Positions 45,746-53,519 of a stretch of 64,000 nt of DNA are shown one piece after another. The translations under genes and the position numbers were made by a program. Each line of letters opens with the position of its first letter. Position 1 is the first letter of the stretch. The stretch comes from Chloroflexota bacterium (GTDB taxonomy: Bacteria; Chloroflexota; UBA11872; VXOZ01): assembly GCA_965220045.1 (NCBI GenBank), contig OZ244803.1:1601585-1665584 (forward strand), written 5' to 3'. The notes below the pieces were generated by a model, which had not been told where the DNA came from, did no database searches, and saw only the letters and a program-made list of their open reading frames with translations.

Positions 45746-46687
45746 CTAGAGTAAGGATCGGGCCTTTGCCTCGATGTGTTGAGCAGTCAGACCGTATTTC
45801 TGCAGGAGAGCAGCAGCATCTCCCGATTCCGCATAGGTATTCTCGACACCAACAAATGCCATGGCGCACGGGGCGTGTTCAGCGGCAGCCATTGCCACGA
45901 CGCTGCCCAACCCGCCCTGGACCAGATGCTCTTCGGCTACGACGATCTTTCCAGTCTCCCGTGAGGCCCTTACCACCGCATCCGTATCCAGCGGCCGTAC
46001 AGTGTGCATATCGAGCACGCGGGCCTGTATTCCATCTGCCGCCAGGGCGTGCGCCGCATCCAATGCGGCAGCCACCATGATGCCGTTGGCGATAAGGGTC
46101 ACATCATTGCCGCTGCGCAGTTCATTGGCCGTGCCCAAAGTGATCGCGGGATCGTCACCGTAGACAATCGGCACGTCCGGACGGCCCACGCGCATGTAGG
46201 CTGGGCCCTCGGCTGCCAGCATCGCCGCTACGGCCTTGTGTGTGGAAGGTTCATCGGCAGGCACGATGACCGCGAAGGTCGGCAAGCCCAATGCCAGTGC
46301 GACATCTTCGATAGCCATCTGTGACGGGCCGTCTTCTCCGATACTGATACCGGCGTGGCTGCCCACGACCTTGACATTGAGGTTGGGGAAGGCAATCGAC
46401 ATGCGTAACTGATCGTAGCCGTTGCACATAATGAAGCAAGCGAAACTGGCAATCACCGGCAGCTTGCCGCACGCCGCCAGTCCGGCGCCGATGCCAACCA
46501 AGTTCGATTCTGCAATGCCGACATTGATGAAACGCTCAGGAAAATCCTGGGCGAACCATTCGGTGCGCGTTGAGTTGTTTACGTCACCGTCCACGACGAC
46601 AATTTCCGGATTAGTCTTACCGGCCTCGCGCAGGGCGGTGCCAAATGCGTCTCGGGTGGCTTTGCCCACTTTGCGTTCTACTGCCAT
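45746..46687 (-). CDS. Transketolase, C-terminal (pyrimidine-binding) subunit of a split transketolase
   Basis: Transketolase Pyr and C-terminal domain pattern (FINVGIAESNLVGIGAGLA...). Overlaps the upstream N-terminal subunit gene by 10 nt. Confidence 0.85.
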   Translation of the reverse strand: MAVERKVGKATRDAFGTALREAGKTNPEIVVVDGDVNNSTRTEWFAQDFPERFINVGIAESNLVGIGAGLAACGKLPVIASFACFIMCNGYDQLRMSIAFPNLNVKVVGSHAGISIGEDGPSQMAIEDVALALGLPTFAVIVPADEPSTHKAVAAMLAAEGPAYMRVGRPDVPIVYGDDPAITLGTANELRSGNDVTLIANGIMVAAALDAAHALAADGIQARVLDMHTVRPLDTDAVVRASRETGKIVVAEEHLVQGGLGSVVAMAAAEHAPCAMAFVGVENTYAESGDAAALLQKYGLTAQHIEAKARSLL

Positions 46688-47502
46688 CCCAGTTCCTCCA
46701 GGGCGCGTTGCTCTTCGTCCTTCGTAAGCGCCTTACCGTGATATCCGTAGTCTGCTTCGACAAACGAGACCCCCTTGCCCTTCACCGTGTGGGCAATGAT
46801 GCATGAGGGGCGTCCCTCGGTGGCCTTCGCGCGCTGCAAGGCGGCTGCCACCGTTCCCATGTCGTGTCCGTCTATCTCCTGAACGTCCCACTGGAAGGCC
46901 TCCCACTTGGCCGCAAGCGGGGAATAGTCCAGCACGTCCCGGACCCAGCCGGTCTGCTGCGCCTTGTTGTGGTCGACAATGGCCGTGACGTTATCGAGAT
47001 TGTAATGAGCGGCGGTCATGGCCGCTTCCCAAATCTGGCCCTCGTCCTGCTCGCCGTCACCCAGGATAACGAACACATGGAAGTCTCGCTTCTCGATTTG
47101 GGCCGCAAAGGCGTGGCCCAAGCCAATCGAGAGCCCTTGGCCCAGCGATCCGGTGCTCGCCTCCACTCCGGGCAACCGCGACATGTTGGGGTGCCCTTCG
47201 AGCGGGCTTTCGATCTGCCGCAGCGTCGGCAGCAGGTCGGTGGAGAAGTACCCGGCCTGCGCCAGCACCACGTACAGTAACGGGCTCGCGTGACCCTTGC
47301 TCATTATCAGACGGTCACGGTCCGGCCACTGCGGATTAGCGGGATCAAACTCCATGATGCCGCCAAAGTAGAGGGCCGCCATGATCTCTACGCCAGAGAG
47401 CGAACTGGACGGATGCCCCGATCCCGCGACGGTCGTGCACGTAATTATGTCGCGTCGAATGACCCGCGCCTGCTCTTCAAGTTCCTTAATTGACATCTTC
47501 AT
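46678..47502 (-). CDS. Transketolase, N-terminal (TPP-binding) subunit of a split transketolase
   Basis: SGHPSSSLS and GDGEQDEGQIWEA TPP-binding motifs. Confidence 0.85.
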   Translation of the reverse strand: MKMSIKELEEQARVIRRDIITCTTVAGSGHPSSSLSGVEIMAALYFGGIMEFDPANPQWPDRDRLIMSKGHASPLLYVVLAQAGYFSTDLLPTLRQIESPLEGHPNMSRLPGVEASTGSLGQGLSIGLGHAFAAQIEKRDFHVFVILGDGEQDEGQIWEAAMTAAHYNLDNVTAIVDHNKAQQTGWVRDVLDYSPLAAKWEAFQWDVQEIDGHDMGTVAAALQRAKATEGRPSCIIAHTVKGKGVSFVEADYGYHGKALTKDEEQRALEELGWQ

Positions 47503-48021
47503 CGTTGTCCTACAGTCTTCAGCTTCCTTCTGCTACGTTCGCCCGAGATTGCAAACAATGTGCGGGCTCTATTCCCATGGGAGCAAAGTCCCTCAAGATT
47601 GTGTAGCGGTTGCCCCACTCCTACAGGCCCCAAACCACACTCACACTATTGTACCGTCTACGCACCGCAGGCGCGAATGAAGCTGAGTTCATCTCTCTTA
47701 ATGGCAGAAGGCTGCCGCTGCATGCCCGTTGAATTGCTTGCCTGCGCACCCATTCAGGACACAATTCTACGAATAAATTGGTTGACACGACCATAAATCA
47801 AGTATTTGGGCGCTTCTCACAAGCCGGTGCTATACTTCCTCAAGGCACGTCAGCGAACAGGATGACGTCCTTTGCGGCTTTGGACAGGAGATCAGTCAAG
47901 CAAGCAAGTTTCAGCCCACTATCGGTTGCACGTGTTGTCGTGACCTCTGAGCAAACAAGCGCCGCCTGCGCACCTCAATTCAGAAGTCAATACCCGCAGT
48001 AGACCATAAGAAGGCCGAAAT

Positions 48022-48864
48022 ATGTCCCGTACATTTCCTACTGTATGGCAAGCGTTGCTCTTGCTTGTCCTGCTCGTTGTCCTGCAGTTGGGAGCTACTG
48101 TAGTCGTCGGCCTCTATCAAGCGCTTCAGTCTATTCCAATCGATGAGCTCACGACCCTGATGGCAATTGTGAGTGTGTCCACGTTTGGCGCGGTCATCAT
48201 CATCGGCGTCGCGTGGTCTCGGGCTCCAATACGCGAAACCCTCTACCTCCGGGGTTTCTCGCCTGTCCTTGTCCTGCCTATGCTTGTGATGATGCTCGGC
48301 CTCATCGTTGTGGTGTCGGAAATCGACAATGTCCTGCAGCGTTTTCTGCCGATACCGGACTGGTTCTTGGAGATGCTCGCCGAGCTCGGCCTTGGCGAAG
48401 GCTTCGCCATTGGCACCTTCATCGTGCTCGTAATTGTCGCCCCCCTGACCGAGGAACCGCTCTTTCGCGGCATTCTGCTCCGAGGTTTCACGCGCAATTA
48501 CGGTACATGGATCGGAGTCTTGGGAACGGCATTTCTCTTCGGCGCCATCCATTTGAACCCGTGGCAATTCGTAGGCGCCTTCTTTCTTGGCATCGTGTTT
48601 GCGTGGTGGACACTGCACACGCGGTCGATTCTGCCGGCTCTTCTCGGCCACGCGTTGAATAACGGCATGGTCATCGTTTCGGCTGACCTCTTGAGTATCG
48701 AGATTCAAGGCTTCAACGCGTGGGAGGAGGGGGTTCAGGTGCACCAGCCGTGGTGGTTTACGCTGACGGGGGTCGTACTGTTCCTCGTTGGCACGGGAGT
48801 CTTGTACAAGCTGTGGTCGCCGGGAAGCGATCCACTGGCCGATCTGCCCCTGCAGAGCGACTGA
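48022..48864 (+). CDS. CPBP-family (CAAX/Abi) intramembrane metalloprotease
   Basis: Multiple TM helices. Conserved EEPLFRG and FGAIHL motifs of the CPBP family. Confidence 0.75.
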   Translation: MSRTFPTVWQALLLLVLLVVLQLGATVVVGLYQALQSIPIDELTTLMAIVSVSTFGAVIIIGVAWSRAPIRETLYLRGFSPVLVLPMLVMMLGLIVVVSEIDNVLQRFLPIPDWFLEMLAELGLGEGFAIGTFIVLVIVAPLTEEPLFRGILLRGFTRNYGTWIGVLGTAFLFGAIHLNPWQFVGAFFLGIVFAWWTLHTRSILPALLGHALNNGMVIVSADLLSIEIQGFNAWEEGVQVHQPWWFTLTGVVLFLVGTGVLYKLWSPGSDPLADLPLQSD

Positions 48865-48982
48865 TCCTGTCCCGCCCGGCGCTTTCAACGGCCTGGATGC
48901 GCATCGCCACAGGGCCGCCAAGCCTACCCAAGCGCCCAATCCCAGCCACCACGCCTAGAGCACGGACCAACTACAATCTCTG

Positions 48983-49339
48983 TTAGCGTGAACGCAAGAG
49001 CCACATGCCGTTGATGAGAATGATCATCACGAGCACGGCGTAGAAGCCGCCCGCTCCGACCGCCCCCGCCCCAATTGCAAGTAGGGGAATGCCGAGACCC
49101 ATCGTCGGCATCGCCACAGCAAGAAAAGTCTTCGCATCTGACTTCGATCGCTTGCGTGACTTCCCCAACTCGGCCTGCACCCGCTCTTTAATGAGCGAGT
49201 CGATACGTTCAGCCAGCGCTTCGACGACTTCGTCGTCATACTGCGCGCCCAACTCATGCCGCGCACTAACCGCAAGCCTAAGCTCATCCTTCAGGCCGTC
49301 GGCTTTTGCCGCATCCTTAGGGCGTGTCTTCTTTGCCAT
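48983..49339 (-). CDS. Small single-pass membrane protein, paralog 2 (charged helical N-domain plus C-terminal TM)
   Basis: 118 aa, ATG start, Gly/Ala-rich C-terminal TM (LGIPLLAIGAGAVGAGGFYAVLVMIILINGMWLLRSR). About 50% identical to the adjacent upstream paralog. Confidence 0.5.
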   Translation of the reverse strand: MAKKTRPKDAAKADGLKDELRLAVSARHELGAQYDDEVVEALAERIDSLIKERVQAELGKSRKRSKSDAKTFLAVAMPTMGLGIPLLAIGAGAVGAGGFYAVLVMIILINGMWLLRSR

Positions 49340-49364
49340 CCAAATGTCCCCTTGAGCGGTATAG

Positions 49365-49721
49365 CTAGCGCGAGCGCCACAGCCAGAGCACGTTGATTAA
49401 GAATATCATCCCAAGCACTGCCAAGAAGCCGTTCGATCCGGCGACGATGGCGCCCACTATCGCGAGGGGTATGCCGAAGCCCAGCACGGGCATCGCCACC
49501 TTTAGAAAGGCTTCGGAGTCCGACTTTGCCTGCCTGCGCGTCCGTTCCATCGCGGCTTCGACACGCTCGTCTATAAACGTCTCGATGCGCTGGGCAAGCG
49601 CCGCGGCAACGTGGTCCTCATACTGCTCTCCCAGCTCACGGCGAGCGGCCACTGCAGCCGCCAGGTCTTCTTTCACGCGCTCCGTTTCCCGATAGCCCCT
49701 TGACCGGAAATTGCTCGCCAT
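49365..49721 (-). CDS. Small single-pass membrane protein, paralog 1
   Basis: 118 aa with the same architecture as 48983-49339 (ELGEQYEDHVAAALAQRIETFIDERVEAAMER ... TM). Confidence 0.5.
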   Translation of the reverse strand: MASNFRSRGYRETERVKEDLAAAVAARRELGEQYEDHVAAALAQRIETFIDERVEAAMERTRRQAKSDSEAFLKVAMPVLGFGIPLAIVGAIVAGSNGFLAVLGMIFLINVLWLWRSR

Positions 49722-49831
49722 CGACAGAATTCCCCTGTGCTTCCTTCTGGCGTGATTCCAGGGCCGACTACGAATTCATCATACCGCAATTGACGGTGCA
49801 CAATGCCATTGCCCTATCGAGTCGGCATCAA

Positions 49832-50965
49832 TCACATCAAGAGGCCGTCGTCGTGCAACCGCCACGCGGCATCCACCAGCGCCCACAGGCCGCCGCTCAC
49901 CGCCGCGTTGCCGCCCATCACCACCGGAATGCCGGCTCCCCAAGCGGCGCCTGCAAGCTCACGGATAGATCCGTCGCGGACCTCGTCAATGAGACCCATG
50001 TCGGCGGCAAACCGGTCATGGCCGCTGACTTCTCGCCCCGCATGGGCAAAGAGCACGCGCGTATCGAGAAAGAGCGCGTCGCCCATCTGACAAAATGCCT
50101 CGAAGAAGCCCTGGGGACCTACCTCTGCCAAGTAGAAGCCCAGTAAAGACCGCACCTGCCGCGCGCTTGTGCTCATGCCGCGTTCTTCAGAAAAGACGCG
50201 GATACGGCACGCCATGTCTCTCCTCAGCAACGGCCAGAGCTGGGCACTGACACGTCCGGCCAGAATGACCTCTTCGTGCGGGCGCACAAAGGTCGGCATA
50301 GCCTCCCGGAGCCGGGCAGCCAGCCGCGCCAATGGGTGCGCTACCTCACTCCGGTCCAGGTAGGCACGCGCATGAGGGCCGCAGAGGGGATGGAGGGCCA
50401 GCATCGCAAGATCGGTTGGCGTGTCGATGTCGAACATCGCGGCGATGGCCGGATCCTGGGGCTCATGCTCGAGATTTGCCTCCTGGACCAATTGGCGCGC
50501 TAAACCGTTGTCGCGCTTCTGCGGCAGATTGACTGCGGTCAAGGCGCCAGCGGGATGAAAGCCAATAAAGTCTGCAGAGAAAAAGTTATTTGCAGTCACA
50601 CTGTGGTCTAGCTGCGCAACGGCATTGCGCAGAGCAGCGAGTTCGGCGACGGAAAGCAGCGGACTACTGCCGCCACCGATGTAAAGGACGCGAGAAAGCT
50701 TGTGACGAGCTACGATGTCGGCCAGCGTATTGCCAAAATGGAAGTCACTCGCGCATGTCGTTGGCTCTAAGGCAACCCCAGGGGCAACGTCATCGAATGA
50801 CTCGAGCTGAGACGTTGCCACAATGACTGGCGAAAAACCGCCTGCGGCCTGCGCTTCGGCAAGAATGTCCTTGGCGATAGCCACGTGAGAGTCATAGACC
50901 AGCCGCTCCAAGGCAGAATTGCCTTGCTTGCCGGCAAACAGTATGAGACCTACGTCGTCAGCCAT
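49832..50965 (-). CDS. Hypothetical protein (377 aa), family not recognised
   Basis: Long ORF with coherent amino-acid composition and an ATG start. The N-terminus (GLILFAGKQG...) is vaguely nucleotidyltransferase-like, but no firm motif. Confidence 0.4.
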   Translation of the reverse strand: MADDVGLILFAGKQGNSALERLVYDSHVAIAKDILAEAQAAGGFSPVIVATSQLESFDDVAPGVALEPTTCASDFHFGNTLADIVARHKLSRVLYIGGGSSPLLSVAELAALRNAVAQLDHSVTANNFFSADFIGFHPAGALTAVNLPQKRDNGLARQLVQEANLEHEPQDPAIAAMFDIDTPTDLAMLALHPLCGPHARAYLDRSEVAHPLARLAARLREAMPTFVRPHEEVILAGRVSAQLWPLLRRDMACRIRVFSEERGMSTSARQVRSLLGFYLAEVGPQGFFEAFCQMGDALFLDTRVLFAHAGREVSGHDRFAADMGLIDEVRDGSIRELAGAAWGAGIPVVMGGNAAVSGGLWALVDAAWRLHDDGLLM

Positions 50966-51119
50966 ACTGCAGTGCGCCTTGCGGTCGTTGCATCATGGTT
51001 TCTCGACTCTATAGCGTTCTTCAATTACACAAGAAGCCGCCAGACGAGCGACTATGCTACCCATCTAGCGGCTGAGCCGAGTCCCTGTGTCAAGGGACTC
51101 ACAAGCAGGTAAACCTCAT

Positions 51120-51431
51120 CTACATGTAGCCGTATTCCATGCGAATCTCTTCGGACATCATCTCCGGCGACCACGCAGGATCCCAGACGATTTCCACGTC
51201 CACGTCCTCCACGCCCTCGAGGTCTTCGACCACCTGATGGACCTGGGCAATGATGTACGGCCCTGCCGGGCACCCAGGGAACGTGAGCGTCATCTTGATG
51301 TCCACGTTGTTGTCATCTTCAGAAGTGTTGACTTCGTAGATGAGGCCCAAGTCCACAATGTTTACCCCTAATTCAGGGTCGATTACTTCCTTCAAGCCTT
51401 CGCGAATTACGTCCGGTTCAATTACTGCCAT
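51120..51431 (-). CDS. DUF59 / SufT-like (MIP18-family) Fe-S cluster assembly factor
   Basis: VIEPDVIREGLKEVIDPELGVNIVDLGLIYEV...MTLTFPGCP is the DUF59 signature. Start reassigned to the internal ATG; the upstream track extension has no coding character. Confidence 0.7.
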   Translation of the reverse strand: MAVIEPDVIREGLKEVIDPELGVNIVDLGLIYEVNTSEDDNNVDIKMTLTFPGCPAGPYIIAQVHQVVEDLEGVEDVDVEIVWDPAWSPEMMSEEIRMEYGYM

Positions 51432-51522
51432 GTTTTTCTCCTGGCTCCGATTGCTATCGTGCCTCCACATACAATGGTACCAACCGCAAGCTCGCTCTCG
51501 CAATGCCGTGCGCGCAAGCGGC

Positions 51523-52230
51523 CTAGTCCACTTCGCGCGCGTAGAGTTCCAGGATGCTGCCCGCGAAACCCGAAGCCTCCGGTGAGGCGAGAAATACGAG
51601 CGCGTTGGCAAACTCGTCGAGCGTGACGGCATTATGGAAGTCTTTGGCGTCGAGGTACTGTCTCGCTTCATCTGTCGCAATTGCGCCCGCCACGAGGCAC
51701 GTCGGCACAATGCCGAGCTGCTTGTAGTCGCGGGCCACGCCTTTCGTGAACGTGATTACCGCGGCCTTGCTCGCGCCAAAGAGCGCCCGTCCCGGCGCGG
51801 GGTCGAGGCCGCTGCCGCCCGCAATGGTGATGATGTGGCCGTGCCCTTGGTCCAACATGACAGGAAGAGCAGCGCGGACGAGATTGTAGCTCGTATAGAG
51901 GTTTGCCTCAATTTGATGCTGGAGCACTTCCAGGGTCGTTTCGGTCACCTCACGCTGATCGAAACTGCCGGAGAGCAGTGTAGCTGCGTCGAGAACGCCA
52001 AACCCAGCGCACGTCTCTTCAACCGCCTGCGCGGCATCTTCCGGCTTTGTGAGGTCTGCTTCGATTGCAAGCGCTCTGTCCCCGTGGGGAATGCGGCCCA
52101 GAGTCGCCTGCAAAGCGTCGCGATTGCGGCTCGTGGTCGCGACACGGTAGCCCGCGTCAAGGAATGCCGAGATGACCGCTTCACCGGTGCGCGCGGTACC
52201 GCTGCCGATCAGTATTGTGCGAGAATCCAT
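51523..52230 (-). CDS. SDR-family (atypical/short) NAD(P)-dependent oxidoreductase
   Basis: ILIGSGTARTGEA glycine-rich N-terminus and a Rossmann-fold layout. Lacks a classical YxxxK motif, so it may be an atypical SDR. Confidence 0.6.
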   Translation of the reverse strand: MDSRTILIGSGTARTGEAVISAFLDAGYRVATTSRNRDALQATLGRIPHGDRALAIEADLTKPEDAAQAVEETCAGFGVLDAATLLSGSFDQREVTETTLEVLQHQIEANLYTSYNLVRAALPVMLDQGHGHIITIAGGSGLDPAPGRALFGASKAAVITFTKGVARDYKQLGIVPTCLVAGAIATDEARQYLDAKDFHNAVTLDEFANALVFLASPEASGFAGSILELYAREVD

Positions 52231-52255
52231 GCTTCACCAATCTATAAGGAAGAGT

Positions 52256-53224
52256 CTATTCTGTCGCCAAAGCATAGCAGGCATCAACGAGCACCATCGC
52301 GCGGTGCATGTCTTCCAGAGTTGCGAGGGGTTGCCCTCCCTCGCGATACGCCTGCAGCGTGTCCCTGACAAAGTCCTGGTAGAGACCCGGCACGGAGTGT
52401 CCGCCGCGTTCCTCTACGCCGTCCTCTGTGATGATGCACGTTTGTCCATCGCGATAGGTGACGTACGTTGTGCCGTCGCTGACGTTCCAGACCACGTCGG
52501 CGGAGTCGGCGGGATACGTGTACGCAATCTCCACAGTGGTAAAGGCGCCGTCGTCGCCGCAGAATGACACACTAGCGTACTCTTCAACCGGAATCCCCGG
52601 CGTAACACGCCGCAGGTGCGCCGAGCCCACGCGCACCTCTTGGCTGCCCGTGAACCAGGAAAACAGGTCGGCGTAGTGCACGCCCAGATTGCGCAGCGCG
52701 CCACCTCCGGACTCTTCAGCCTTCAGCATCCAGGGACAGCCGGAATCGACGTAGCGTTGTACCGGCCCGCCCGCGTAGCGGAAATGCCCGTGCCGTATTT
52801 GCCCCAGCCGTCCGTCGTCGCGCATTTCTTTCACTGCTTGCGAAAATGGCGCGGCGCGATTTGTAAGCGGAATGGCGACAAACACCTCATTCTGCTTCGC
52901 CAACGCGATCAATCGTGCGAATTGGCTCGCGTCGGTGCCGAGCGGTTTCTCGATGACGAAAGGAATGCGTCGTTCAAGCAGATTCGTTGCGATTTCAGGC
53001 TGCAACCGGTAGCGCCCGAAGGAAAAGACAAAATCGGGCTTCTCTTTTTCCAACAGTTCCACGTAGTCCACATACGGCGTGCAGCCGGAGTACTGCCCGG
53101 CGAAACGCTCGGCATAGCCCGGCTGCTCGTCCGATACTGCCACCGGCGTGATGCCAAGATCGACAAACGCCGGCAAGTAGAGCGGCACGTGCCAGTGGCT
53201 GATTTCTAAAATCGCGATACGCAT
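52256..53224 (-). CDS. Gfo/Idh/MocA-family oxidoreductase
   Basis: MRIAILEISHWH N-terminus, IEKPLG motif. Confidence 0.7.
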   Translation of the reverse strand: MRIAILEISHWHVPLYLPAFVDLGITPVAVSDEQPGYAERFAGQYSGCTPYVDYVELLEKEKPDFVFSFGRYRLQPEIATNLLERRIPFVIEKPLGTDASQFARLIALAKQNEVFVAIPLTNRAAPFSQAVKEMRDDGRLGQIRHGHFRYAGGPVQRYVDSGCPWMLKAEESGGGALRNLGVHYADLFSWFTGSQEVRVGSAHLRRVTPGIPVEEYASVSFCGDDGAFTTVEIAYTYPADSADVVWNVSDGTTYVTYRDGQTCIITEDGVEERGGHSVPGLYQDFVRDTLQAYREGGQPLATLEDMHRAMVLVDACYALATE

Positions 53225-53394
53225 TGGTTGAATTAGCTCCCAAAAAACCGTCTTGTCTATGGGTCTCTAGCGATAGATGCGACTTCAGTTCTCAAGTGCA
53301 TGGGCCTCCGCCACACGTGGAATAGCCAAGAGAGACGCTGGCAATGCTCACCAAAGTCGTTCGTGGAGAGGCGGCTATGCTAACAATCTGCCGC

Positions 53395-53485
53395 ACTACA
53401 AACGGCCCTTCGACCCTTCGGCAAGCTCAGGACAGGCAGGCTCAGAGCTTGCCCCGTACTCGATACGGGGGCGAACGGACAACAG
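53395..53485. repeat. Family-A dispersed repeat copy
   Basis: CCTTCGACCCTTCGGCAAGCTCAGGACAGGCAGGCTCAGAGCTTGCCCCGTACTCGATACGGGGGCGAACGG, nearly identical to the 26.4-kb copy. Confidence 0.7.
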
Positions 53486-53519
53486 AGCTATTCAGCATAG
53501 CGCAAGTGCCCACGAAGCC

